Shown one piece after another: positions 1 through 10,422 of a stretch of DNA of 64,000 nucleotides (positions are counted from its first letter, which is position 1; each line of letters starts with the position of its first letter). Made by a program: the position numbers and the translations under genes. The stretch covers positions 1 through 64,000 of the forward strand of contig JAEOTA010000043.1 of NCBI GenBank assembly GCA_016840085.1, given 5' to 3'. The notes below the pieces were generated by a model. The model saw nothing but the letters and a program-made list of their open reading frames with translations. It was not told the origin of the DNA and ran no database searches. This DNA comes from Promethearchaeota archaeon. GTDB taxonomy: Archaea > Asgardarchaeota > Lokiarchaeia > Sigyniarchaeales > SOKP01.

Positions 1-327
1 GAAGGAATTGCATCTCTTTCTAAATTAGTAAAAAAACAACTTGTAGAGTTTGATTTTCAAATTCTTGAAGGTGATGCAGTGCTAATAGATTATCATATAC
101 CGCCTAATGGTGGTGGTGGCGGTGGTGAGGAAGGTTGTTTTGGTGGTGATCCTCATTGGGATTGTGAATGGTGTGTGGTGCTTTGTGAGGTGTCCCTTGT
201 CGTCGGATGTTTTATTGGGTGCGCCCCTTATCCTCCATCATGCTTTGCATGCTTAGAAATGATGATGTTAGTGGAATTGCTACATATCGGTTGTTACGTA
301 GTATGCATACTTATTGATTGTTGTTAA
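1..327 (+). CDS. C-terminal part of a Cys-rich, halocin C8-like/saposin-like putative toxin precursor (5' end outside window)
   Basis: Frame is open from base 1 (EGIASLSKLVKKQLVEFDFQILEGDAVLIDYHIPPN), then a poly-Gly linker and a hydrophobic tip with 12 Cys ending C-x4-CC. Confidence 0.6.
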   Translation, partial: EGIASLSKLVKKQLVEFDFQILEGDAVLIDYHIPPNGGGGGGEEGCFGGDPHWDCEWCVVLCEVSLVVGCFIGCAPYPPSCFACLEMMMLVELLHIGCYVVCILIDCC

Positions 328-353
328 TGATATGATTATAAGGAGCTGATATT

Positions 354-821
354 ATGAATGAAAAGGAAATTAATGTGAAAGAAAGGAATACTGAAGAAAA
401 GATTAAGAATTTCTGGAAAAATTTTAAAGAAAATTGGTTATGGGTTACAATCGGGATTTATATAGGTATAACATCAATAGGCTGGATCATGTATTTCAGA
501 GGGTGTTTTTCTTTAATAGAAGTAGTTCTATACACTTTCTTAGCTTCCATTCTTCTATTCAGTATCTACTATATCAGCAAATTAAAAAGCGGAACTATTT
601 TTAGAATATTATGGATACTCGGGGGAGCATTTGTTATAGGAGTATGGATATTCTTTTCCGTCAATTATATTCTTTTTGCTTCGTCTTGGGCTCCTTTTCA
701 TGAGATTGACGTCACATTGCGAAGACTTTTTACCATCTTGGTTTTTTTATTATCATATTGTGGAGCAGCATACATAATGTATAGAATAGAAAAAAAAATT
801 AAATGGAGATTTTTTTTATAA
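354..821 (+). CDS. Multi-pass membrane protein, candidate immunity protein
   Basis: About 4 hydrophobic helices; starts 26 nt after the Cys-rich gene; paralog of 1557-2063. Confidence 0.55.
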   Translation: MNEKEINVKERNTEEKIKNFWKNFKENWLWVTIGIYIGITSIGWIMYFRGCFSLIEVVLYTFLASILLFSIYYISKLKSGTIFRILWILGGAFVIGVWIFFSVNYILFASSWAPFHEIDVTLRRLFTILVFLLSYCGAAYIMYRIEKKIKWRFFL

Positions 822-1338
822 TCTTAGAAATTATAATTATTTTTTTTTTTTACTTGTTTTCTAAATCGAATTTAATCAATAGGAAATACCATTTGTTACT
901 CGCTTATAAGGGTTTAATAATTAGTAATAGGATTTTAGAACTTAATAATGAGATTTAGTATTTTGATATATAAAGCAAGAAAATATTTTTAAAAAATAAG
1001 AATCTTTTTATCAAGATTTAGAGTTTAAATCCCAAAATTTAAAATTATAAAAAATTGACCATTGAATTTTTTTTTGAAATATAACTTCCTAAGTCGGAGT
1101 AAACAATTTTAGCATTTAAAAAATATTTAAATAAACAGACTATTACTAGTTACTGTTAAGTCGCTGAATTTTATTTAAATATGATTAAACAAAGAAATTG
1201 GAAAAAATCTACAATAAAAAAATTTTGTTCGATATATATTCAATAAATTTTCATTTGTAAACATTGATTAAGACCATTATTTGTAATTCAAAAAGTTATT
1301 TGTCTCAGATTTCGTTTTTTAATAAATATTAAAAATAA

Positions 1339-1530
1339 TTATTCAAAAGAAATAATCCTGAAGAAGATTGTATTACGTGTGAAATTGCTGCTGGTGTAAT
1401 TTCAATTATAATATGTTTAGCTGTAATATGGTGGGTTCCAGGTGCTGGATTGTTTTGTGTTGAGTTATTAGAGATATACCATATAACTGGAAGTACTCAT
1501 ATTACTTGTCAGATTGTTGGTTGTTGTTAA
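1339..1530 (+). pseudogene. Start-less orphan Cys-rich tip (second cassette)
   Basis: Open frame after TAA at 1336-1338: LFKRNNPEEDCITCEIAAGVISIIICLAVIWWVPGAGLFCVELLEIYHITGSTHITCQIVGCC*; Cys spacing shared with 1-327. Confidence 0.75.
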
Positions 1531-1556
1531 TGAAATTTTCGTAAATAGGTTATTGT

Positions 1557-2063
1557 ATGATTATAAAGGAAAAGAATACAAAGGAAGATAATAAAGGAAA
1601 GAATAAAAATGAAAGCCATGATAATTTTTGGAAAAGATTTAATGAAAAGTGGTTATGGTTTAATATAGGCGGTTATATCTTAGGAACAATATTATTCTGG
1701 TGGTTATTTTTTATCGGAATTATAAGCTTGATAACAACAGTTTTTTTAACAATTTTGAACCTACTAATCATACCAATGATTTATTATCTTTTCAATTATT
1801 TTAGAATGTCAAAACATCAACAACTCATTACTAAAATAGTATTAGTAGGGTTTGGTGGATTAGGATTCGGTGGTATATTGTGGTTTTTTCTCGGCTATTT
1901 CCTTATTAATTCTCCTTGGGCACCCTTACAAGATTTACCTCCTGTACTAAGAGGTAGACTTTTTCTCCTACTTCTGGTTCCATCATGTGGACTTGCAGGA
2001 TATATAATGTATAGAATAGGCAAAAAAAGAGAATGGAGACCACCTTCACATTTAACAAATTAA
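1557..2063 (+). CDS. Multi-pass membrane protein, candidate immunity protein (paralog of 354-821)
   Basis: Shared motifs NFWKxFxExWLW, WAP and YIMYRIxKK; again 26 nt after the tip stop codon. Confidence 0.55.
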   Translation: MIIKEKNTKEDNKGKNKNESHDNFWKRFNEKWLWFNIGGYILGTILFWWLFFIGIISLITTVFLTILNLLIIPMIYYLFNYFRMSKHQQLITKIVLVGFGGLGFGGILWFFLGYFLINSPWAPLQDLPPVLRGRLFLLLLVPSCGLAGYIMYRIGKKREWRPPSHLTN

Positions 2064-2830
2064 GTTAAAATTTTTTTTTTATTAATTTTAACAATTTCTT
2101 TTTCTTGTACTTATTCATATCATTATAATAGTAATTAATTACGTCAAAATCTTAACTTAGAATTATATCATTTAGGATATTCTTATTGACTAAATCTTCA
2201 AATTTTAAAAAATATGTTATGACTATGTGTAATTTATTAAATATTTTTTAACAGTAATAGAGAGAATGTTATGAGGAAGAGCAGATTGCAATAGAACAAG
2301 GTTTAGGAGCTGAATTTAAGAAAATTCGTTATAACTCAAATCATGTATTAATTTTTAATATAATAGATAATCCCATTAAAAGAAGAGGTTATTTGCTTGT
2401 CACTAAAAAAATGATGTTACTTTGGATTTGTATTGAATGTACAATTCAAGAATGCCTTAAAGAAGAATTTTAAATTCCAATTCATTTGAAAGAAAAAATA
2501 AATTCGAAATATTTCTTTTTAATTATTAAGTTCAAATTAGAAACAAGGCACCTTTCATAATTTATAAATTTTATTTGTAGAAGAAAGATCGTAAAACTTG
2601 CCTTACGAAGATTCATATAAATTTTTTAAAAAAATCTTTCACTTGCTTCTCCTTTTAAAGACATTTTGTTATTGTTGTTTTATGCTTGAATTTCAAGATG
2701 AAAATCAATTTACACAGAAAAATCGATATGTTAAGAGCCCCACTCGACAAAAAAATTTTTTTTGAACTTATTCCAAAAATGGTTTTATTATATTATGACT
2801 TTACTCTCTGAATATCACTTCAACAAGCAT

Positions 2831-3439
2831 CTATACATCTGGAAATTCTAAAGATTTAGCTTTAGTAGCTCCCATCATTTGTCCCATACCACCCGATGCT
2901 TGAGTTTGAAGCTTCAAAAGTCTCTGAATTAACGTATTAAGCCCTAAAGAACATAGGAAATACCAGGCAGTAAAATTTATCCAAATTGTATTACGTGCTT
3001 CAATGAAATCTCCTATCAGTGGAACATCATTAGCATGCATGGCAGAGAGCGCTACAGGACTCCCTCCAAAAACCACGGTATTTAAAACAGAAAAAATTAT
3101 AATCATAGGAAGAAATGTAATACACGTTGGTTTTAATCTCTGCATTGCCATCCCTTGTTGCGATTTTTTAAACATCGCATCTTTTCGCTCCCATTTTTTT
3201 CTGAGTTTACTATACCGCTCTGGATCCACCTCAGCTAATTCAATAATTTTTTCTTTCTCTTCTTGATGAGCCTTGATTTGTTTTTGTTTTCTCGCTAGCT
3301 CCTCAGTATCAACTAACCATTTTGTTAATATCGTAGAAATTAATGCTGTTGTCAAGGCTAAAAGAAGCACAAAAATCATAGATCCTGGAGGAGTGCTTAT
3401 CAGATCTAAAAAATCAATATTAAAGATTAAAAATATCAT
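2831..3439 (-). CDS. EMC3/TMCO1 (DUF106, Oxa1-superfamily) membrane insertase
   Basis: TM1, coiled coil, KPxxITxLPM motif and WYFLCS motif; near secY. Confidence 0.85.
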   Translation of the reverse strand: MIFLIFNIDFLDLISTPPGSMIFVLLLALTTALISTILTKWLVDTEELARKQKQIKAHQEEKEKIIELAEVDPERYSKLRKKWERKDAMFKKSQQGMAMQRLKPTCITFLPMIIIFSVLNTVVFGGSPVALSAMHANDVPLIGDFIEARNTIWINFTAWYFLCSLGLNTLIQRLLKLQTQASGGMGQMMGATKAKSLEFPDV

Positions 3440-3606
3440 ACTTATTCTTTAATTATATTGAAATAATTATAAATTTTTCAGATACTATCACATTGTTTTG
3501 ATCCGAAAAAACAATTAAAGCTAGATTAACTAATTAAAGATATATTAGGTATGGACTTTCAGACAGCTAGAAAATTTTATCTTTCTAGGATCTTATAATT
3601 AAATAT

Positions 3607-4785
3607 TTATTTCTTAGTTTTTTTTTTCATTTCTTCAATACATGTAATTAATATTTTCATTAGTTTTTCCTTTTCTATCAGTCTGTTTTTTTGTATGTAC
3701 AGTAGAACTTTTTGGATTATAACTAAGAATGAATAATCTAAATAATCTTCTGATTTTGATTTTAATATCCAAGAGTTGACTTCTCTCATTTTTTTGATTT
3801 TATTGGCTGTATTGATAATTAAATGAACAAATTCAGGCATTAGGAGGTATTTATTGTCTTCATTTAGCGATGTATTTTCATGTAGAATAAGTTCGCCACA
3901 TGTGTTATATTCAAGTATTTCTTCACTAAGTTCAGAACATTTTAGAATACAATCTAGAAGTACCATTTCAGCAGGTAAATTTTCCTCATGAATGTTAATT
4001 CTTCTATTAAATTCGAGAATAAATTGGGTTTTTAGATTAGGTCTATTGGTTAAGATTTCTGTTAAGATTGGATCGATGATTTCTCTAAAGAAAACCTTGT
4101 TATACCTTGAATAATATTGATCAAGATAAACTTCATAATTCAATTCTGAGATGGAAGGCAATTGCACATTGAAAGTATTGAATAATTCTTTAATGATTGC
4201 TTCATTAATCATAGAAATGGGAATATTTAGTTTATTTTTAACAATGTTCCAGATGTATTGGTAAAAATCATTCTCCATTCTATCAGCTTGGTACTGATAT
4301 AAATAGAATATACGCAAGTCATCTAATTTTATTCTCTTTGCTAAATCTATATCAATTTCCACCATATCCAATAGTTCTAAATAAATCTCATAGATATCCT
4401 TAAAAAAATCGTTGAAATCTACGTCTATAAGCTTCTCTAGTATTGATTTATTGTTAATAAGTTTATAGTATATATTTCTTGCTTCTTCATCCCCAAAATA
4501 AGCAAGCTCATGAAGAAGAGGAAATGCAAAAATAAAATTATTAAGATTAATGTCATAATCATTTTCATACCAAGATCTCAGTCTTTCAATAGTGGAATCG
4601 AATTCACTTCCCCTACGTGTATATTCCATTAATTCTAATTCATTAACACAAATTAAAGTATATTTATTTACTATTTTGACCGAAAGTAAATGGTTGATAT
4701 AATACTCTTTGGTAACTTCTCTGTTCCCTATTTCCCTCTTTCTTAATCCTGTTGTTCCTAAATACTTAAATTCGTTAAAGTCCAT
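3607..4785 (-). CDS. Hypothetical protein
   Basis: 392-aa ORF; WYENDY...AFPLLxxL...GD segment resembles a domain I recall from Lokiarchaeal proteins (unverified). Confidence 0.5.
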   Translation of the reverse strand: MDFNEFKYLGTTGLRKREIGNREVTKEYYINHLLSVKIVNKYTLICVNELELMEYTRRGSEFDSTIERLRSWYENDYDINLNNFIFAFPLLHELAYFGDEEARNIYYKLINNKSILEKLIDVDFNDFFKDIYEIYLELLDMVEIDIDLAKRIKLDDLRIFYLYQYQADRMENDFYQYIWNIVKNKLNIPISMINEAIIKELFNTFNVQLPSISELNYEVYLDQYYSRYNKVFFREIIDPILTEILTNRPNLKTQFILEFNRRINIHEENLPAEMVLLDCILKCSELSEEILEYNTCGELILHENTSLNEDNKYLLMPEFVHLIINTANKIKKMREVNSWILKSKSEDYLDYSFLVIIQKVLLYIQKNRLIEKEKLMKILITCIEEMKKKTKK

Positions 4786-4994
4786 GTAATTTCTTCAGAA
4801 TTTTATGTTTTTGGTTATTTGAATCTACTGGTTATTATTATATAATAAGTTAATTCAGTAATTTAAATTAATTTAGCCTGAACAATTTTAGAATTCTATA
4901 GTATTAGAAAATATTATAAGTTTTTATTTTTAAAGACTAAATCTTTTCTCTGTTCGGGAGCTAATCCAGGATACCATTATCTAAGAGGAGCGCA

Positions 4995-6479
4995 CTAATC
5001 CATTCCAAGAAAGCCTCTTAGGCCGGGGTATTGTTGCGCAGCGAACTCTTTACTGATGGTTTCAGCATATGAATGAATAATTCCAATCGATATTAATAAA
5101 CCCGTTCCGCTTGTTAATGCACCTAAACTATCTGCAAAGAAGCTTAACACAGCAATAATGATCCCGTTTAATATTATCAGCGTTGGGATATATCTTTTCA
5201 ATATTCTTTCTATGATTTTCTCAGAGCTTCTAAACCCTGGTACCTGCATTTTTGAGTCAATTATTTGCCCTGCTATATCTCTTGGGCTTAAACCACTTAC
5301 TTCGACCCAAACACGGCCGAGCATTATGCATAGGACTATAAAAATCATTAAATATATAACAGCTCTACCAGGATCTCCTAATAACTGTTCTATACCCAAT
5401 GGAGGGGTAAGTAAATATATCAAACCGCCCGTTGGTATCAGTTGCCCTCCCATACCTTCTCCAGCTGATTGCGATTCAAACACCCCAATTAAATTGAGCC
5501 AGAAATCAGGGATAAGCCCACCGTTAGTTGCACGCAAGGCGGCGTCAGGACCAGCAAGTAATTGCCCGAAGAATAGAAAATTTGCATATAGAGCATTGAC
5601 TAATATCACAGGAATATTCGAAACGTACAGGAGTTTCATTGGATATTTTCCCTTAAATCCTCTATACCCACGATATGCAAGCGGAATTTCGATCCGTGTT
5701 GATTCAAACCAAATAACTACAAATAAAATAATAACAGTAGTAAATAAACCTAGCAGCGATGGAAGCCGTTGTCTCAAAAATAATGTGCCTAAATGTGTGT
5801 CAGGTTTATCATCAAATAAAACAGAAAAGAAGGCGATAATAATTCCACGTGGAACTCCATCTTCAGCTTGAATAAAACTGAAACTATTCCAAAAAATTTG
5901 ACCTGCAACACCCGCAGCTATAAATAATGAAACTCCACTCCCAAGCCCCCAACCTTTTTGAAGTAATTCATCAAGAAGGATAATTACTATACCAGCGAAA
6001 AGTAATTGCACAAATATGAATACAGCATCTAGAATCCCTATTCCTTCCGCACCTCCTAACCGACCAAATGCACCACCTACTAAATATGCTAAAGCATTGA
6101 AAATGGTTAAAAAAACTGCCAATACCTTCTGGGCTCCACTGAACATAGCTCTATCATAAGGATCTGCCATATTTACATTTATGATCTTTGACCCTAAAAG
6201 TAATTGCATAATAAGGCCTGCTGTTACAATTGGTCCTATACCGAGCTCTGTAAGCGTTCCTCTCTGGCTTGCTAGAATTACCCTTAACCAATAAAAATAA
6301 TCTGTTGATTGCTCAAGCTGAACACCATATAGAGGAATGTTAGACATAATTAAGTAGATTATAAGGACAACAGCGGTCCAAATGAACTTTTCTTTGAAAG
6401 AAACTTCCCGCTGTGGCTGTTTTATTTCTGGCATTGCCCGAACAAAAGGAGAAAAGAACTTAAGAAATCTTCCGGCCAT
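4995..6479 (-). CDS. secY: Preprotein translocase subunit SecY/Sec61alpha
   Basis: GTLTELGIGPIVTAGLIMQLL, KGWGLGSGVSLFIA, YPMKLLYVSNIPVIL and SGTGLL motifs. Confidence 0.98.
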   Translation of the reverse strand: MAGRFLKFFSPFVRAMPEIKQPQREVSFKEKFIWTAVVLIIYLIMSNIPLYGVQLEQSTDYFYWLRVILASQRGTLTELGIGPIVTAGLIMQLLLGSKIINVNMADPYDRAMFSGAQKVLAVFLTIFNALAYLVGGAFGRLGGAEGIGILDAVFIFVQLLFAGIVIILLDELLQKGWGLGSGVSLFIAAGVAGQIFWNSFSFIQAEDGVPRGIIIAFFSVLFDDKPDTHLGTLFLRQRLPSLLGLFTTVIILFVVIWFESTRIEIPLAYRGYRGFKGKYPMKLLYVSNIPVILVNALYANFLFFGQLLAGPDAALRATNGGLIPDFWLNLIGVFESQSAGEGMGGQLIPTGGLIYLLTPPLGIEQLLGDPGRAVIYLMIFIVLCIMLGRVWVEVSGLSPRDIAGQIIDSKMQVPGFRSSEKIIERILKRYIPTLIILNGIIIAVLSFFADSLGALTSGTGLLISIGIIHSYAETISKEFAAQQYPGLRGFLGMD

Positions 6480-6767
6480 AATTGATCAGTAGCGTCAGTT
6501 TTATTTAGTTATTTATTATAGATGTATCAATTTTATAAAATAAAATCTGAAAATTGAAATGTAATCTATAAAAAATTGAATTTTAAAAAAAGTTTTTGAT
6601 TTAAGTATTTATTTCAAACGATTAAGATTTTAGCAGTTAATCTAGAATAGTTTTTTATAAAAAAGATTAAAAAAATATTCAAAATGATAATTGCTTTATT
6701 GCTACTAGAAAAATTAATTAATTCCATTAAATCTTCAAGAATTAATCCAGTATCATGGTTAGAGCAA

Positions 6768-7058
6768 TTAAAAGAGTGATCCAATACCTGTGGGCTCTTC
6801 TTCAACCTCTTCCTCTTCCTTCTTCTTTTTTTCCTCCTTTTTTCCTGCTTTACCTCCAGCAGGAGCAGCAGCTACCGGCATAGCACTAGCAGATTTTACA
6901 ATTTCATCGATATCTGCCCCTTTTAAACCAGTAATTAGCTTAGCGATTTGATCTTTATCAACTTTTGCACCTGCGGCAGTCAAAACTTTCTCTACATTTG
7001 TTGCGCTAATTTTTCCCCCAACTTTATGGAGTAATAATGCTGCATAAATACTTTCCAT
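6768..7058 (-). CDS. rpl12: Ribosomal stalk protein P1/L12
   Basis: YAALLLH N-terminus, Ala hinge, acidic tail ending GIGSLF. Confidence 0.95.
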   Translation of the reverse strand: MESIYAALLLHKVGGKISATNVEKVLTAAGAKVDKDQIAKLITGLKGADIDEIVKSASAMPVAAAPAGGKAGKKEEKKKKEEEEVEEEPTGIGSLF

Positions 7059-7132
7059 ATTATTTTACCTCTTTTTTATTTTTTTATTATTATATTGTTA
7101 ATTTTAATTGAAATTCAAAAAAATCTTATTTT

Positions 7133-8035
7133 TTATCCAAATAAACCTCCAATCCCCACTTCTTCATCGATCTCTTCTTCAGACTCCTTTTCATCAACTT
7201 TTACATCTTCTTCTACAGGGGCTTTTATTCCTTCTCCAAAGATTACAGTATTCATAATATTAAATTCAGATACAGCTTTACGAATATATTCTTCTTTCAT
7301 CTCTTCCAAATAAAACGGCATTTCAAAAAGAATTCCAAGAGCTTGCCTGTAGGCTGTTGCAAAATCAGTTTTAAATTGTTCCATATCCATGTATAGAATT
7401 TCTTCAGGAATTATTTCCCCATCACTCCATGCAAAATGGATCTTAATCAATGACTGTATTGGAGCAATTCCTAATTTCTTCAATACTGCTGCTTGTTTAA
7501 CGTTAACAAAATCACCTGTTTTATGAGTCCTAGTATTTTCTCTTATCCATATTGTATCATTTTGAATTCTTGTTGGTAATCGTAAGATCATATTCAATTC
7601 ACTTATGACTTGTCCTGTTGGCAAACCTGTATCACCTGCGGGTACCCAAATGTCTACTGGTGTAATTTCATTTGGTTTTGCTGCAACCATCCATTCATTT
7701 TCGAGAAAAACCTTTTTTAGATCAAATAAATCAAAATTACTAAATACTAGACTTGATTGACCAGGGATGTGCGTTGCTAATTCATCCAAATTTGACTTTT
7801 TTGATTCCTTTTTAAATTGCTCTATTGCTCGAAGTTGAAGAGATTTTTTTGACATTCTAAATACTGCTTCTCCTCTTAAAAGTTTACGCATAGATTGAAT
7901 TTGCTGATCTTGAATGTGAGCGACTTCGATTACAGCAACATTTTTATAATTTTTAAATAAATCCACTAGATGTTCAATTTCATCCAATTTCCATTGTGGT
8001 ATATGTTTTTTTTTAATCAACTTCTTACACCTCAA
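7133..8035 (-). CDS. rplP0: Ribosomal protein uL10/P0
   Basis: IPQWK start, VPAGDTGLP motif, acidic tail GIGGLFG. Confidence 0.95.
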   Translation of the reverse strand: MRCKKLIKKKHIPQWKLDEIEHLVDLFKNYKNVAVIEVAHIQDQQIQSMRKLLRGEAVFRMSKKSLQLRAIEQFKKESKKSNLDELATHIPGQSSLVFSNFDLFDLKKVFLENEWMVAAKPNEITPVDIWVPAGDTGLPTGQVISELNMILRLPTRIQNDTIWIRENTRTHKTGDFVNVKQAAVLKKLGIAPIQSLIKIHFAWSDGEIIPEEILYMDMEQFKTDFATAYRQALGILFEMPFYLEEMKEEYIRKAVSEFNIMNTVIFGEGIKAPVEEDVKVDEKESEEEIDEEVGIGGLFG

Positions 8036-8765
8036 CTGTTTTTAGAAAATCTTCAGTAACTTTTACTGGTTTCCCCATTGTAGATTTTAAATACATAGAT
8101 TTGAAATTATTAAACTTATGTGGCATTTGATCTGCAATGAAATCAACAATTGTTTTCATATTTTCAAATAATTTATCAATTTCCATTGATTTTTTCCCTA
8201 ATTTTACAAAAATGATTGGTTGTTTTTTCATTTGAATACTAACCACCTTTTTGTATCTCTCAAAAGCAACCTTTAAATCATCTGGATTAGAGATGATTCC
8301 ATATCCAGAAGGAAATGGTTTAGGCATTTTCCCTAGAGGACCAAGAAATCTTGCTAAGTATCGTGCAACATCTCTCATCATTTTGTCTTCAACGATGAAA
8401 AAATCATATTTTTTAGCGAACTTTTTTTTCCTCTTCTTTTCTTCGTTATTTAATTTAATCAATCCATCAGAATCGAGTATATCAACACCTAATTTCTTAG
8501 CTTCAAGTAATATATCATCTGAAGCAATTATACATATATTAGGTTTATCTTTACCAATTATTTCATTAGTTAAAATAATTTCCTTATCAATTCTATTCTT
8601 GGGATCATTTAAATTAATGTCTTTTACATTAATAATAAGGTCGATTGATTCGTCAAACTTTCTTACTTTTTCTTTAAAGCCTTCTCGTTTAATTACTGAA
8701 AAATCTATTGCTGCATTTAATGATTTTTTTAATAATTTATCATCTACTTTCAGTTTACAATTCAC
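8025..8765 (-). CDS. rpl1: Ribosomal protein uL1
   Basis: RKFDESIDL, LGPLGKMP and LKSTMG motifs; operon position. Confidence 0.95.
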   Translation of the reverse strand: MNCKLKVDDKLLKKSLNAAIDFSVIKREGFKEKVRKFDESIDLIINVKDINLNDPKNRIDKEIILTNEIIGKDKPNICIIASDDILLEAKKLGVDILDSDGLIKLNNEEKKRKKKFAKKYDFFIVEDKMMRDVARYLARFLGPLGKMPKPFPSGYGIISNPDDLKVAFERYKKVVSIQMKKQPIIFVKLGKKSMEIDKLFENMKTIVDFIADQMPHKFNNFKSMYLKSTMGKPVKVTEDFLKTVEV

Positions 8766-9252
8766 CCTTTACTTTTTCATCATACTCTCCATTATTTATT
8801 CCTTTTTGGATAATCTTCGGGTCTTCTCCCTCTACAGTTAATCCAATAGATAAAGCAGTTCCAAGAACTGATTTTACCGCAGCTTTATAAGTATTTTCTA
8901 AAAATATATCCTTTTTAGCATCTACAACAGCAAGAATCTGATCAAGAGTTAAATTGCCAATCTTCTCATCAGAACATGCGGAACTCCCTTTTTCAACTCC
9001 CGCTTCTTTAAGTAATAAGGACGCAGTAGAAGGTGTTTCAATAAATATCTCAAATTGTTTAGTTTCTGGATCACATTCAATCCTTACAGGAACGGTTAAT
9101 CCCTTAAATACCATTGTTTGCTCATTTATCTCATCTACTACATCTTTAATATTAATTCCAGTAGGACCAACTGTTGGACCAATTGGAGGTCCACCGCTAG
9201 CGCTTCCTCCAGTCACTAATGCTTTTACGATAACTTTCCCTTTTTCACTCAT
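8755..9252 (-). CDS. rpl11: Ribosomal protein uL11
   Basis: GGSASGGPPIGP, GLTVPV and VLGTALSIG motifs. Confidence 0.97.
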   Translation of the reverse strand: MSEKGKVIVKALVTGGSASGGPPIGPTVGPTGINIKDVVDEINEQTMVFKGLTVPVRIECDPETKQFEIFIETPSTASLLLKEAGVEKGSSACSDEKIGNLTLDQILAVVDAKKDIFLENTYKAAVKSVLGTALSIGLTVEGEDPKIIQKGINNGEYDEKVKGEL

Positions 9253-9334
9253 TGTTATTCAATTTCCTCTTTATTAAGTTTTTCACTTTCACTATTCAAG
9301 GGCAAAGGAACATAAGAATGTTATTCACTATCCA

Positions 9335-9359
9335 TTTCAATATATATATCATATTGAAA
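9335..9359. promoter_or_regulatory. Inverted repeat around a TATA-like core upstream of the rpl11 operon
   Basis: TTTCAATAT-N7-ATATTGAAA, perfect 9-bp arms. Confidence 0.35.
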
Positions 9360-9471
9360 CCGTTTTATTATTACGTCCTAAGTCCTTTAAAATGAATCGA
9401 ACTTAGTAGTAAAATAAATGAATAGAAATTAAAAAATTTTATCAAAACACAAAGTTATTTAGATCTTTAAT

Positions 9472-9657
9472 TTAATATCTACAACATAAACGACGCCCAT
9501 AATCTAAATTATGCTTGAAGAATTCATCTTCAAGAATTTTCATTACGATTTTACAATCTAAATTTACTTTTTCTGCAATTTCCTCAATTTCAACCCCAGG
9601 AGTTGAAATTAACTTAAAAATTTCGTTTTTAACTTCTTCAGTAATTTCTATACTCAT
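9472..9657 (-). CDS. Small hypothetical protein, possible HTH
   Basis: EIEEIAEKVNLDCKIVMKIL has HTH-like periodicity. Confidence 0.5.
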   Translation of the reverse strand: MSIEITEEVKNEIFKLISTPGVEIEEIAEKVNLDCKIVMKILEDEFFKHNLDYGRRLCCRY

Positions 9658-9735
9658 TATTACGAAAAATCGTGGATTTAATTAAAAACTTTTAGATTAC
9701 AAATTTTAGCTTTATATTATTAAGAAAGTAAACTT

Positions 9736-10422
9736 TTAATCTTCTCTTTCTAAAATGACTTTATGTTGTATTTTACCAATTTTCTCTATATAAGCCTCAA
9801 GAGTATCTTCAGGATTAATGGGACCTACACCACTTGGTGTACCTGTAGCAATAATATCATCAGGAACTAACGTAATAAATTTTGAAAGGTATTCTAACAT
9901 TTCAGGGATTTTAAATATCATATGCTTAGTGTTAGAGGATTGCCGAATTTCATTATTCACCTTAAGTTCAATTTTAAGATTATGAGGATTTTCAATTTTT
10001 TTGCTAGGAACAACTTTTGGACCAATAACAGAAAAAGTATCGAAATTTTTACTTCTATACCATGGTAATTTAATATTTCGATCACTAATTTGCATTTTTC
10101 TCGCTGTAACATCAAGAAAAATTGTGTATCCTTTTATATATTCAAATGCTTCATCTGCAGAAATATTTTTACAAGGTTTAGAAATGATAAAAGCCAACTC
10201 TACTTCATGATCTACTCTATTATAATTTTCATTTTCATACAAAATTCGTGGATATATTATTGGTTTTCCTTCAGAAATTAATGTGTTTAACGTTTTCACG
10301 AAAAATACAGGCTCAGTTGGTATAGCTGCATTTGTTTCTTTTATATGTTCTAAGTAATTTCGCCCTAAACATATAATTTTAGTTGGAGTTATTTCTGTAT
10401 TTCCAATTTTTATACTTGACAT
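9736..10422 (-). CDS. Fumarylacetoacetate hydrolase family protein
   Basis: KIICLGRNY, DHEVEL, SKNFDTF and IATGTPSGVG motifs. Confidence 0.93.
   Translation of the reverse strand: MSSIKIGNTEITPTKIICLGRNYLEHIKETNAAIPTEPVFFVKTLNTLISEGKPIIYPRILYENENYNRVDHEVELAFIISKPCKNISADEAFEYIKGYTIFLDVTARKMQISDRNIKLPWYRSKNFDTFSVIGPKVVPSKKIENPHNLKIELKVNNEIRQSSNTKHMIFKIPEMLEYLSKFITLVPDDIIATGTPSGVGPINPEDTLEAYIEKIGKIQHKVILERED

Noticed and set aside
109-126. Double-glycine bacteriocin leader cleavage site
   Set aside because: It is a poly-Gly linker in a longer protein; no peptidase-ABC exporter in the window
4950-4994. GC-richer stretch downstream of secY as SECIS or ncRNA
   Set aside because: No convincing stem, and no in-frame TGA in neighbouring genes
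5158-5871. Long antisense ORFs (also 8251-8841, 11245-11745, 34300-34626 and others)
   Set aside because: They shadow well-supported genes on the opposite strand and carry no motifs
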